Assembly: GCA_026706485.1 (NCBI GenBank)
Contig: JAPOYR010000006.1
Coordinates: 21,194 to 85,193 of the forward strand
DNA length: 64,000 nt
Origin: Chloroflexota bacterium
GTDB lineage: Bacteria > Chloroflexota > UBA11872
Direction of reading: 5' to 3'
Of the stretch, positions 26,381-35,995 are shown piece by piece. Position 1 is the first letter of the stretch; every line of letters starts with the position of its first letter. The notes under the pieces were generated by a model. That model saw only the letters and a list, made by a program, of their open reading frames with translations, was not told where the DNA came from and made no database searches. The position numbers and the translations under genes are program-made.

Positions 26381-27625
26381 ATGATCAATCCCATCCACGC
26401 TGCGGCGGGCGCCCTCGTCTTCAGTCGTCTCCGTCGGTGGTCCGGCAGCACGCTGCGGCTCAAACTCTCCGACGGCTCGCGGCGCGTCTTCGGTCCCAGC
26501 GAAGCACCTCGCCGGGTGCAGGTGGATGTCCACCACACGCGGTTCTTTACGCGCCTGCTCCTCGGCGGGACGACCGGCGCGGGCGAGTCCTACATGGCCG
26601 GCGATTGGTCCAGCCCCGACCTGACAGCCCTGCTGCAAGAGGCGCTGCGCAACGGACCGCGCCTAGGGCTGGAGTCGCACGCCAGCGTGCTCGCGCGCCT
26701 GCTGAACGCCTGGCGCCACCGGCGGCGGGCCAACACCAAGGCCGGCAGCGAGCGAAACATTCACGCGCACTACGACCTCGGCAACAGCTTCTACCGGCTG
26801 TTCCTCGACGAGTCGCTCACCTACTCTTGCGCGCGCTGGCCGGAAGGTTGCGACGACCTTGGCCAGGCCCAGCGAACCAAGCTGCAAGACATCTGCGACA
26901 AGCTGGAGCTGAGCCCCGACCACCACGTGCTTGAAATTGGGAGCGGATGGGGCGGCTTCGCGCTTCACGCCGCCCAGACGACCGGGTGCCGCGTGACCGG
27001 CATCACGATTTCGCGAGAACAGCTCGAGCTTTCACGAAAGCGTGTCGCCGAGGCGGGCTTGGGCGACCGCGTGGATATCCAGTACTGCGACTATCGCGAC
27101 ATCGAGGGGCAATACGACCGCGTGGTCTCCATTGAGATGTTCGAGGCCGTCGGGCGTGCCTATTGGCGATGCTTCTTCGAAGTCTGCGGGCGCGTTTTGC
27201 GGCCGGGCGGCCGGATGCTGCTGCAGACCATTGCCATTCCCGACGCCGACGTCGACCTGCCCTACCGCGGCGCCGGATGGATCAGCCGCTACATCTTCCC
27301 TGGCGGGCTGTTGCCGGCCATGTGCGAGATCGCCGAGGCCGCGGCGACGCCGCGCGGCGACCTTGCCGTCCGGACCGTGGATGAGATCGGCCCGCACTAC
27401 GTCCGCACCCTGGATACGTGGCGCGAGCGCTTTTGGAGCCGCATCGACGACGTCCGGCGGCTGGGTTTCGACGAGACCTTCGTGCGGATGTGGGACTTCT
27501 ACCTGGCCACGTGCTCGGCGGCGTTTGCCGCCGGGCACACGCGCGATGTCCAGGTATTGCTGGAGCACGTTGGAGAAGCGGCCGAGCCCTCCGGCGAGGT
27601 CGTCGCCCTCGGCACGGCCTCCTAA
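26381..27625 (+). CDS. cfa: Cyclopropane-fatty-acyl-phospholipid synthase
   Basis: SAM motif VLEIGSGWGG; NIHAHYDLGNSFYRLFLDESLTYSCA conserved Cfa block. Confidence 0.85.
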   Translation: MINPIHAAAGALVFSRLRRWSGSTLRLKLSDGSRRVFGPSEAPRRVQVDVHHTRFFTRLLLGGTTGAGESYMAGDWSSPDLTALLQEALRNGPRLGLESHASVLARLLNAWRHRRRANTKAGSERNIHAHYDLGNSFYRLFLDESLTYSCARWPEGCDDLGQAQRTKLQDICDKLELSPDHHVLEIGSGWGGFALHAAQTTGCRVTGITISREQLELSRKRVAEAGLGDRVDIQYCDYRDIEGQYDRVVSIEMFEAVGRAYWRCFFEVCGRVLRPGGRMLLQTIAIPDADVDLPYRGAGWISRYIFPGGLLPAMCEIAEAAATPRGDLAVRTVDEIGPHYVRTLDTWRERFWSRIDDVRRLGFDETFVRMWDFYLATCSAAFAAGHTRDVQVLLEHVGEAAEPSGEVVALGTAS

Positions 27626-27746
27626 CGGCCCCGCCCAAACATTCAGTTGAATGGGGCGCGGGAATCTCTCACCCTTTCTAACGAAGGCTGCGTCCTGACT
27701 CTTGGTTCCCGAAAGCAATTGTGGGTGAAGAAGCCCGAGACCCGTC

Positions 27747-28652
27747 GTGACCTCTGAGACCGTACCCGCCGTCCGGCGGGACGCTCCCGAGTCCGAGTCC
27801 CCGTCGCGCGTGCACGCCGTCGTTCGCAACCTCCCCTTCACGCTGGTGCACCTCTTGGCGCTTGCCGCCATTTGGACAGGTGTGAGCTGGCCGGCCGTGG
27901 TGGTGTGCCTGGGCCTCTACTGGATGCGCGTGTTCTTCGTCACCGGCTTCTACCACCGGTACTTCTCCCATCGCAGCTATCGCACGTCGCGGGTATTTCA
28001 GGCGGTGATCGCCTTTCTGGGCACGACCGCCATGCAAAAGGGGCCGCTGTGGTGGGCCGGGCACCACCGATTTCACCACCGGCACTCGGACGATGAGGAG
28101 GATGTCCACTCGCCGCTGCACGGCGGTTTCTGGTGGGCGCACATCGGCTGGCTCATCCGCGTGAGCCGCGACGACACGCGCTGGGAAGAGGTCAAGGACT
28201 TGGCCCGCTATCCCGAGCTGCGCTTCTTCGAGAGCCACTACCGGCTCGGCATGGCGGCCTATGCGGGCGGAGTGATTGGCCTTGGATTCTGGCTGGAGCA
28301 CGCATTCCCACAGACGGGCGTCACCTGGGGGCAGGTGCTCGTGTGGGGCTTTGTCATCAGCACGGTGATGCTGTGGCACACCACCTACCTCATCAACTCC
28401 GGCGCTCACATGTGGGGCAGCCGCCGGTTCGATACCAACGACACCAGCCGCAACAACTTCTGGCTGGCCCTGGTCACCATGGGCGAGGGCTGGCACAACA
28501 ACCACCACCGCTATCCCGGGGCCGAGCGCAACGGGTTCTATTGGTACGAAGTCGATGTCACGCACTGGCTGCTCACGGTGCTCAGTTGGTTCGGCCTCGT
28601 GTGGGACCTGCGCCGTCCGCCGCGCCACATCTATGAGAGCGCCTCGCGCTAG
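27747..28652 (+). CDS. Membrane fatty-acid desaturase (acyl-CoA/acyl-lipid delta-9 type)
   Basis: Three histidine boxes HRYFSH, HHRFHH(RH), HNNHH; 4 TM. Confidence 0.8.
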   Translation: MTSETVPAVRRDAPESESPSRVHAVVRNLPFTLVHLLALAAIWTGVSWPAVVVCLGLYWMRVFFVTGFYHRYFSHRSYRTSRVFQAVIAFLGTTAMQKGPLWWAGHHRFHHRHSDDEEDVHSPLHGGFWWAHIGWLIRVSRDDTRWEEVKDLARYPELRFFESHYRLGMAAYAGGVIGLGFWLEHAFPQTGVTWGQVLVWGFVISTVMLWHTTYLINSGAHMWGSRRFDTNDTSRNNFWLALVTMGEGWHNNHHRYPGAERNGFYWYEVDVTHWLLTVLSWFGLVWDLRRPPRHIYESASR

Positions 28653-28800
28653 CGGCGCCCTCGGCCACCCTCGGAAGCTCGCTTCGCGAGGGCGGTTCGC
28701 GAACCGACCCGACCAAATTTCGCCTGCTGCTGTGGGCAATTCCTCTTGCCCGTCGGCGGCGTTCGGCCAACACTAGGCAAAGGGCGATCGGAGGGGCATC

Positions 28801-29709
28801 GTGCGGGTAGCGCTCACCGGCGGTAGCGGCCTCATCGGCGGCGCGGTCACCGCCGCGCTCCTGGCCGATGGCCATGAGGTCATCCATCTCGTCCGCCCGC
28901 CCCGTCGCGCCGCCGAGGGTCAGGTCGCCTGGGATCCAGCCGGCGGCACCATTGACGCGGGCGGTCTCGAGGGCCTCGACGCCGTCGTGCACCTGGCTGG
29001 TGAGCCGACGACCGCCTGGCGTTGGACGGCCGCCAAGAAGCGCCGCATCTACGCCAGCCGGGTGGACGGAACGCGGCTGCTGGCCGAGACGCTGGCCGTG
29101 TTGCAGTCTCGCCCCCGCGTCTTCGTGTCCTATTCCGCAGTGGGGTATTACGGCGACCGCGGCGACGAAGTCCTGCGTGAGGACAGCCCGCCGGGGTCAG
29201 GTTTTCTGGCGAAGGTCGCGACCGACTGGGAGGCCGCCGCGCATCCCGCCACCGGCCGCGAAATCCGGGTAGTGCATCTGCGCGGCGCGCCGGTTGTGGC
29301 GGGCCACTCCGCGTTTCTGACGCGCCAGGCGCCCGCCTTCAAGCTTGGGCTGGGCGGCCCGCTGGGCAGCGGCCGCCAGTGGTGGCCGTGGGTGGCGCTG
29401 GAGGATGTCGTCGGGGTCGTGCGGCATGTGCTGGCGCGCGACGACATTAGGGGCCCTGTCAACGTCGTGGCTCCGGAGCTGTGCACCAATTTCGAGTTTG
29501 CGCGCACCTTGGGTCGGGTGCTTGGCCGACCGGCCCTGCTGCCGGTGCCATCGCCGCTTCTGCGAGCGGCGATGGGCGAGATCGCCGGCGAGATGCTGCT
29601 GGCCAGCCAGCGCGTCGAGCCGGCCCGGCTCGTCGAGTCCGGCTACCACTTCCACTTTCCAATGCTGGAGCCCGCCCTGCGCCACGCGCTCAGTCGCCCG
29701 TTCGCCTGA
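28801..29709 (+). CDS. TIGR01777/YfcH-family epimerase-like protein (SDR39U1, DUF1731 C-terminus)
   Basis: N-terminal GGSGLIGG Rossmann motif and C-terminal DUF1731-like region. Confidence 0.7.
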   Translation: MRVALTGGSGLIGGAVTAALLADGHEVIHLVRPPRRAAEGQVAWDPAGGTIDAGGLEGLDAVVHLAGEPTTAWRWTAAKKRRIYASRVDGTRLLAETLAVLQSRPRVFVSYSAVGYYGDRGDEVLREDSPPGSGFLAKVATDWEAAAHPATGREIRVVHLRGAPVVAGHSAFLTRQAPAFKLGLGGPLGSGRQWWPWVALEDVVGVVRHVLARDDIRGPVNVVAPELCTNFEFARTLGRVLGRPALLPVPSPLLRAAMGEIAGEMLLASQRVEPARLVESGYHFHFPMLEPALRHALSRPFA

Positions 29710-29778
29710 GACTCGACCGCCGCGCGGCGGTGCGGGAGACTGCCCGCGTCCAGCGCCGCTCGACGGTAGAGGGAATCC

Positions 29779-30894
29779 ATGCTCAGCACTGAAGGATGTC
29801 GGGCGCGCACGCGCCGCTTGCTCGAATGCGTCGACGCCGACGTGGAGGCGCTCGTCGTCACGCGGCCCGAGCACGTTTTCTACCTGGCCAACTACATGCC
29901 GTCGCCCAACGACATTCACCACCGCGCGCCGCAGTACCTGGTCATCCAACGCGACGGTCCGACGACGCTCGTCCTCGACGGATTCGCGAAGCTCGACGGC
30001 GAGCCCGCCGTTGACGAGGTGATCCACGGTCCCTGGGGCGTGGCGGAGCCCGACGTGACCCGCGCCCACTGCACGGCCCGTGCGGCGATCGACCTGATTG
30101 GCAAGCTCGGGAGCGCGATTGTCGGCGTCGAGCATGCCGCCGTGCCCGCCGCGTTCGTCGAGGCGGCGCACGACGTGCGGGACATCGAGCCGCACCTGGG
30201 CCTCATGCGCCAGGTCAAGGACCCCGATGAGCTGGAGCTGATCCGCGCCGCCGTGCGCGTCGGCGAGGCCATGCACGCGGCCTCGTGGGAGTGCCTGGCG
30301 CCCGGCATGCGCGAGATCGACGCCTACGCCGCCATCGTGACCGCCGGCCTGGAAGTGGCCGAAGGCCCGTTTGTGATGATGTGCGAGTTCATCTCCGGCC
30401 CCCGCGTTGTGCCGCGCCGCGGCGACCCCGGCCCGCGCGTCATGGAACCCGGCGACAACGTCGTCATGGACCTGTTCCCCTACGTCAACGGTTACCGCTG
30501 CGACCTCACCAACACCATCACCCTCGGCGGGCGGCCCACGCCGGGGCAGCAGGACGCCTTCGACGCGGTGCACGAGGCGCTGACGGCGTCCGAGGCCATG
30601 ATTCGCCCCGGCGTGCGCGCGCACGAAATCTACGCCGTGCAGGACGCCGTGCTGCGGCGGGCCAACCCGGACTGGGGTCTGCCGGGCCACGCCGGACACT
30701 CGCTCGGTCTTGAGCATCCCGAGGCGCCGGACTTCGTTCCGGGCGTCGAAGGCGAGGTGCTGGAGGGCATGGTCATCGCCCTCGAGCCGGGCGCCTACGG
30801 CATGCCCTTCCACGGCGTGCGCCTGGAGCACAACTATCGCGTCACCGCCGATGGTTTGGAGCGGCTCTCGAATCACCGGCTGGGGCTGGTGTAG
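29779..30894 (+). CDS. M24-family metallopeptidase (Xaa-Pro aminopeptidase/creatinase fold)
   Basis: Pita-bread metal-ligand pattern D...D...H...E...E (DLFPYVNGYRCDLTNT, HSLGLEHPE, VIALEPG). Confidence 0.75.
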   Translation: MLSTEGCRARTRRLLECVDADVEALVVTRPEHVFYLANYMPSPNDIHHRAPQYLVIQRDGPTTLVLDGFAKLDGEPAVDEVIHGPWGVAEPDVTRAHCTARAAIDLIGKLGSAIVGVEHAAVPAAFVEAAHDVRDIEPHLGLMRQVKDPDELELIRAAVRVGEAMHAASWECLAPGMREIDAYAAIVTAGLEVAEGPFVMMCEFISGPRVVPRRGDPGPRVMEPGDNVVMDLFPYVNGYRCDLTNTITLGGRPTPGQQDAFDAVHEALTASEAMIRPGVRAHEIYAVQDAVLRRANPDWGLPGHAGHSLGLEHPEAPDFVPGVEGEVLEGMVIALEPGAYGMPFHGVRLEHNYRVTADGLERLSNHRLGLV

Positions 30895-30933
30895 CCGATT
30901 CAGACCCGCGACGAGCCTGCTGCCGAAACGAGC

Positions 30934-31371
30934 CTAGAGGTGGACGACTTCGAGGTCTTCCCAATGCCGACCGAGATACTCCGCCACAAGGCGCCGGTGG
31001 CAATGTTCCGGCGTGTCCTCGCTGCATAGCAAGCATCCGTCGGCGAGGGCCTGCCGTACGCTCGGCGTTTCCTGGATGCGCCGATCATCCATCAGCGCGA
31101 GAAACTCTCGCTCGTAGGTCGCCCAATCGCGATGCTCTTTGCGGTATGCGTCGAGCATCTCCTTGGTGGGCGCCAGATTGGGCGCATGGACGTACTCCAT
31201 CCGACAAATCTCGCGGAGAAAGTAGGCCAGGTCATCTCGCTTGGCGAAGCCCGCCAGTTGCGAGACGTTGTTCAGCCGCACATCCACGACTCGCTTCGCA
31301 CGCGAGGCCAGAAGGCGCCCAAAGAAGTCGGCGGCGGAGGTCTTTGTGAAGCCGATGGTGTAGAGCCTCAA
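30934..31371 (-). CDS. DUF488 (YeaO-like) family protein, copy 2
   Basis: 145 aa; N-terminal LYTIGFTKTSA and C-terminal LLCSEDTPEHCHRRLVAEYL motifs of DUF488. ATGA overlap with the upstream DUF488 gene. Confidence 0.7.
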   Translation of the reverse strand: MRLYTIGFTKTSAADFFGRLLASRAKRVVDVRLNNVSQLAGFAKRDDLAYFLREICRMEYVHAPNLAPTKEMLDAYRKEHRDWATYEREFLALMDDRRIQETPSVRQALADGCLLCSEDTPEHCHRRLVAEYLGRHWEDLEVVHL

Positions 31372-32042
31372 GAGCCATTCTCCCAGTCGTCCCCGCCGAC
31401 GGTCGATTCCGCGCCGACATACGCCACTTTCGCCGTCTGACGGGCCATCGCATCGGCGATCAAATCATCACGGGAGCGAGGCGTCCCCCCGTTGTCGGGA
31501 CCCTCCATCGCGAACATTTCAATCTGCTGGACTGGCGACAGCTTGTGCAGGCTCACCAGCCGGTCCATGGCGGCGGCGTGCTCTTCAAGGCTGCCGTCCG
31601 CATGGATGTGTGCCACGTCCACCTCGCGGTCGACCAGCGCCCTGGCGACCAGCAGCGTGCGGTGACAGTCCAGCGGCTCCTTCTCCGCGCACATCAGCAC
31701 GATGCGACGCTCATCGGCGCCGTGAACGATCTGCCGGATGCCGTCGTCGAACTCGTCGCTTTCCGCCAGCCGGTCGTATCGCACTCTCCCCTCGGCGTCA
31801 TAGCACGACCGATCCCGTGGTCGGCCGCCCAGCTCTCCGCCCAGGAACGCATAGCCGATTCCGGCGCTTTCCAGCGCCTCGGACAGGACTCGATGGCCGA
31901 AGTGCGGTGTATACCGGCTGTACGGCGACGACCGAACATCCGCCACTTCATCGATGCCATGCGTCCGAAGCAACTCCAGAAACGCTTCAAGCGAATGGTT
32001 GGAGTGCCCGATGGTGAGAACCGGGTGCTGCGTTGCGCTCAC
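31368..32042 (-). CDS. DUF488 (YeaO-like) family protein, copy 1, with C-terminal extension
   Basis: 224 aa; VLTIGHSNHSLEAFLELL and VLMCAEKEPLDCHRTLL motifs, plus about 80-aa acidic tail. Confidence 0.7.
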   Translation of the reverse strand: MSATQHPVLTIGHSNHSLEAFLELLRTHGIDEVADVRSSPYSRYTPHFGHRVLSEALESAGIGYAFLGGELGGRPRDRSCYDAEGRVRYDRLAESDEFDDGIRQIVHGADERRIVLMCAEKEPLDCHRTLLVARALVDREVDVAHIHADGSLEEHAAAMDRLVSLHKLSPVQQIEMFAMEGPDNGGTPRSRDDLIADAMARQTAKVAYVGAESTVGGDDWENGS

Positions 32043-32054
32043 GGCACTTCCGCG

Positions 32055-32801
32055 TCAGGGTCTGATGACGGCGGCAATGAGTTTATACGCAAAGCCCTCG
32101 AACGGTTCGCCGAGGCTGAGGGTCAGGAATCGGTCGTCGTCGACCACGAATGAGCCCGCCCCCAACTCCGTGGCCGCTTGTTCGCTGGCGGGATCGGTGA
32201 TGCGGAGCGAATAGATATTCCCGTGGTAGCTGAACTTGCCCCGCAGCCGATAGGCATTGTTCTCCAGATTGCGGGAAATACGTACTTTCAATCTCTCGAT
32301 CTTGATAAGGCGTAGTGAACTGCGGAGAGAATTGGCCAGATCTTCCGGCACGCTGTCGTTGAGACCGCTTCCGCTGTTGTGCCCGTTGATCCAGAGTGTC
32401 TCGGATTGGTCGGCCCACTGCGGCAAGGTGTTCCAGGCGATGCGGCCAATCTTGGCCCAACGGCGCTTGGGGTCGAGCACCCAGTTCTCTTGCTGGTAAC
32501 CCTGCGGCCTTGCGCGAAGAACTGGCACGTCGATGACGTCGAGAGTGTGCGGCTCGCTCCCATCTTCGAGTTGCTGCTCGTACGCCGAGACTTCCTCGTG
32601 ATCTCGATCGCTGACCGGCCGGATCCACCCGCCCGTGCGTCCGTCCGCGAGGAGCTCTTTCCCGGCCACGCAGCGCCCACCCATCTTGCGCGAGTTTGCG
32701 AGACAGACGATGCGCTTGGTGGTGGCGGACGACCTCGGATTGCTTCTCGCCCAAAGTCGATCGAGCCAGTTCATCGTTCGCGACTGGTCCAGGCTCAACA
32801 C
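32055..32801 (-). CDS. Uncharacterised 248-aa protein heading the DUF488 operon
   Basis: No recognisable family. Conserved-looking core RIVCLANSRKMGGRCVAGKEL...GGWIRPVS. C-terminal half has markedly lower GC (about 50%). Confidence 0.4.
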   Translation of the reverse strand: MLSLDQSRTMNWLDRLWARSNPRSSATTKRIVCLANSRKMGGRCVAGKELLADGRTGGWIRPVSDRDHEEVSAYEQQLEDGSEPHTLDVIDVPVLRARPQGYQQENWVLDPKRRWAKIGRIAWNTLPQWADQSETLWINGHNSGSGLNDSVPEDLANSLRSSLRLIKIERLKVRISRNLENNAYRLRGKFSYHGNIYSLRITDPASEQAATELGAGSFVVDDDRFLTLSLGEPFEGFAYKLIAAVIRP

Positions 32802-32930
32802 CCTAAGGCTGTCACCCTATCTCTATGGCGAGCCCCGCTGGGCGCCGGTCGAGGAAGGGCGACAGTTGACCACGATGCACCCATGCGGGAAGGTCAACCC
32901 ACCACCAACGCATCTGTGACGGAGGCGGCG

Positions 32931-33782
32931 ATGGCCGTTGAGGCGGCGACGCAGCGGATTGATGACCGGGACTGGGCGGCGCTGACCCTTGGCGAGCGCA
33001 TCCGGCAAATCGAGGTCGAGGGCTACCTGGTGCTGCCCGACCTGCTCACCTCCGAGCAGGTGGCCGGCCTCAAGGCGGTCACGGCGACCTGGGAAACCAT
33101 TGCCACCGACTACAGCAAGAGCCAGCAGGTGCGCCCCGGCGTGGAGTTCGCCGGCGGTCTGATGAACGATCTCATCGCGAATCCGCCGACGCTGGAGTTC
33201 CTGCGCGCGCTCTGCGGTCCGGACATCATCCTGATGTCGGTGGCCTACGCCCGCTCGGAGCCGGGCCATCCCGGCATCAGCCTGCACACCGACGGCCAGC
33301 CTTACGGATCCAGGATCTTCGGTCAGGGCGGCAGCACGCCGTTCATGGTCCGGGTGCTCTACTACCTCGACGACCTGACGCCCGAGGTCTCGCCGTTTCG
33401 CGTCGTACCGCGGTCGCATCTCTCGTTCCACGCCGACGCGAATCCATATCTCCGGTTCGAGGGCCACCCCGAAGAAGTCATGGTCCCGGCCAAGGCGGGA
33501 TCGGCCGTGCTGATCAACCACCGCGTGTTCCACGGCAACTTCCCCAACACCGGCGATCGGCCGCGGGAGATGATCGCCATCGCCTATCGGCCCGCCTGGG
33601 CGGGGCCGCAGGGCGACGTGCCGGCCTGGGACGCCGATGCCGTGGCGGCGCTGCCCGACCACGTGCGCTCGCTCTTCGCCGACCGCAACACCCGCCACTG
33701 GCTACCCGAGGGCGGCAACAAACCCGAGGGAATGCAGTCCGAGGCGCCGGGCATGAACCCCAGCCGCTGGGAGTTGGTCTAG
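32931..33782 (+). CDS. Phytanoyl-CoA dioxygenase (PhyH)-family Fe(II)/2OG oxygenase
   Basis: HTDGQP...HLSF...NHRVFHGNFPN facial-triad region. GGAGG RBS before MAVEAATQR. Confidence 0.7.
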   Translation: MAVEAATQRIDDRDWAALTLGERIRQIEVEGYLVLPDLLTSEQVAGLKAVTATWETIATDYSKSQQVRPGVEFAGGLMNDLIANPPTLEFLRALCGPDIILMSVAYARSEPGHPGISLHTDGQPYGSRIFGQGGSTPFMVRVLYYLDDLTPEVSPFRVVPRSHLSFHADANPYLRFEGHPEEVMVPAKAGSAVLINHRVFHGNFPNTGDRPREMIAIAYRPAWAGPQGDVPAWDADAVAALPDHVRSLFADRNTRHWLPEGGNKPEGMQSEAPGMNPSRWELV

Positions 33783-33817
33783 GAAATCTCTGAGTAAACC
33801 CCTAATCCGCGCCAAGC

Positions 33818-33875
33818 CGTTCGTGGTGAGCTTGTCGAACCATGAACGGCCCTTCGACTTCGCTCAGGGCGAACG
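33818..33875. repeat. Intergenic repeat family E copy 2
   Basis: ccgttcgtggtgagcttgtcgaaccatgaacggcccttcgacttcgctcagggcgaacgg. Confidence 0.6.
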
Positions 33876-33926
33876 GATCAGGGTCGAATCGATGGGCTTT
33901 TTCAGAGCATTCCTAGCGGTTTCGAG

Positions 33927-35006
33927 CTACTCGGCCGAGGGCGCCTCGTTGCCCCATTCGTAGGACGGCACGCGCACGTTCCGTTCCTGCAGCGGCAGCG
34001 CCACGCGCGCGCCGCCCTGAAGGTGTGACTCGTGGAAGGCGAATCCCAGCTCGGTCACTAGGCGCGCGCGGTCCAGCCCGCAGATCGAGGGCCGGCCGTC
34101 GCGAATCGCGGCCACGAGGTCCCCGACGGCCACGCGGCCGGCGTCCGCCAGACCGCCTCGGTCGGGTAGCTCCAGCGGCTCGGCCGCCAGGCCTTCGCGG
34201 CCCAGAAAGCCGAAGCCCTCGCGCACGCGCCACACCAGGGCGTCGCTGGCATCGTTGGTGACCAGCAGCCGGCCGTCGGTCCCCAGCACTTCGTAGGCAT
34301 GACTCGGCGCGCCCTCGCGCATCACGTGCGCGAACTTGTTCTCGTCCCAGCCGAACATCCCGCGTCCCGGCGGATCCAGCCGGTCCCGCGCGTCCGCCGG
34401 CAGGCTGGAGACGTCGTTGACATAGCCGGCGGCCCAGGTTGGCTCCGGATGTCCCGCGAGCGTAAGCATCACGTCCAGCCAGTGGCAGCCGTGGTTGAGC
34501 AGCTGCGCCAGGCCAAAGCCGAACACCGCCTGCACCTCGCCGATCATCCCGTCCGCCAGCAGCTTGGCCAGATGCACGTAGGGCGGCCACCAGGCGCGGT
34601 CGAGGCCATAGACCACGCCCACGCCGTTGGCCTCGCACGCGTTGACGATGCGATCGACCTCTTCCATGGTCGTGCACAGCGGCTTCTCGAAGAACACGCC
34701 CCGCGCTCCGGCCGCGACGGCCTGCTCGCACTGGTCCGCGTGCATGGTTTGCCGCGTGGCGATGCAGACGATGTCGGGGTCGACCGCTTCGAGCATCCGC
34801 GGATAGTCGTTGAAGTCGGGGATGTGATCGCCCCAGGCCGCCTTGAACTCGCGCCGCGTCTCGTCGCCGTAGTCGAAGACGCCGACGATCTCGGTGTCGG
34901 GCACCGCGTCGAACGCCGCCGCCCAGTTGTGGCTCTGCCCCACGCGATCCAGCATGCGGTGGCAGCCGGCAATCGCCACCCGTAGAGGACGATCCGAAGC
35001 GCTCAT
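33927..35006 (-). CDS. Gfo/Idh/MocA-family NAD(P)-dependent oxidoreductase
   Basis: N-terminal Rossmann LRVAIAGCHRM, EKP motif (FFEKPLC), 359 aa. Confidence 0.8.
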   Translation of the reverse strand: MSASDRPLRVAIAGCHRMLDRVGQSHNWAAAFDAVPDTEIVGVFDYGDETRREFKAAWGDHIPDFNDYPRMLEAVDPDIVCIATRQTMHADQCEQAVAAGARGVFFEKPLCTTMEEVDRIVNACEANGVGVVYGLDRAWWPPYVHLAKLLADGMIGEVQAVFGFGLAQLLNHGCHWLDVMLTLAGHPEPTWAAGYVNDVSSLPADARDRLDPPGRGMFGWDENKFAHVMREGAPSHAYEVLGTDGRLLVTNDASDALVWRVREGFGFLGREGLAAEPLELPDRGGLADAGRVAVGDLVAAIRDGRPSICGLDRARLVTELGFAFHESHLQGGARVALPLQERNVRVPSYEWGNEAPSAE

Positions 35007-35016
35007 CCGCGACCGC

Positions 35017-35838
35017 CTAGTCTTCCTTGGGCTTGATGTCGTGATTCATGGCCCATTCGGGGTAGTACTGCCGCATTTCGGCCCCAGGAGCGGGCGCGCC
35101 CAGCGGCTGCGGCGGCATGCGGAACGGTCCGGGCACCGCGATCATCTCACTCCAGATGTGGACCAGTCCCAGCGCGCGCGAGAGCCGCGACGACGGCACG
35201 TTCCAGGTCGAGGTCGTCCACCACACCAACTTGCCCTGCTCCAGGATCCAGCGACCCGCCGCCGCCGCCACGGCCCGCCCCATGCCGCGCAGCTGCTGAT
35301 CGGGCGCCGAGTCGATGCCGATCTCAAGCAGCTCGTCGCTTTCGACGCGAATCGACGCCAGCGAGACCAATTGGCCGTTGTCGAAAATGCCGAACCCCCC
35401 GATCGACTCGTCCAACAAGCAGTGCCAGAAGATCTTGGGATCGGCCAGTGATCGAATCTCGTCGCCGCTGAGATAGACGGGACGCGGGTCGTCTGCTTCG
35501 CAGAAGCTCTCCTCGTCGGCCACCATGCAGAAGTAGGGCCCCCAGCCGGTGAGTCCGTGAGGAAGCGTGGCCCGGCTGATCTCGTAGGCGCCGTAAATCG
35601 AAAACAGCAGGTCATAGCTGAGCCCGCCCAGTGCCGATTCCAGCGCCGGCGCCCAGTCCGGTCGGACCGTCACCACGCCGCGGCCGCCGAGACCCACGGC
35701 GAGCACCGGAGGCCCAAGTTCCAGTCGCGCGTCCAGGGCGACGACTGGCACTTCGGGCGTCGCCAGCGGCTCCAGCGATGCCCCCAGCCGTCCTTCTTGC
35801 CAGGGCATCAGCCGCTGCCGCAATCGCTCAACGGCCAT
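35017..35838 (-). CDS. GNAT-like acetyltransferase domain protein (tentative)
   Basis: C-terminal motif-A-like QQLRGMGRAVAAAA. Start inferred at MAVERL. Confidence 0.45.
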   Translation of the reverse strand: MAVERLRQRLMPWQEGRLGASLEPLATPEVPVVALDARLELGPPVLAVGLGGRGVVTVRPDWAPALESALGGLSYDLLFSIYGAYEISRATLPHGLTGWGPYFCMVADEESFCEADDPRPVYLSGDEIRSLADPKIFWHCLLDESIGGFGIFDNGQLVSLASIRVESDELLEIGIDSAPDQQLRGMGRAVAAAAGRWILEQGKLVWWTTSTWNVPSSRLSRALGLVHIWSEMIAVPGPFRMPPQPLGAPAPGAEMRQYYPEWAMNHDIKPKED

Positions 35839-35995
35839 GGAGTCGGTTCCCCTCGACATCGTCGAATCCGTGCCGCGAAGCGATTCGCCCCGCCGGCAGC
35901 GATCACGCGGGGATCGTAGCAGTCGGCTGCGTTCCCGACCGCACCGCCTATCGCGGTGTAACCTTGCGGCAGTCGTCGGCGCCCAGGGGTCGCAG

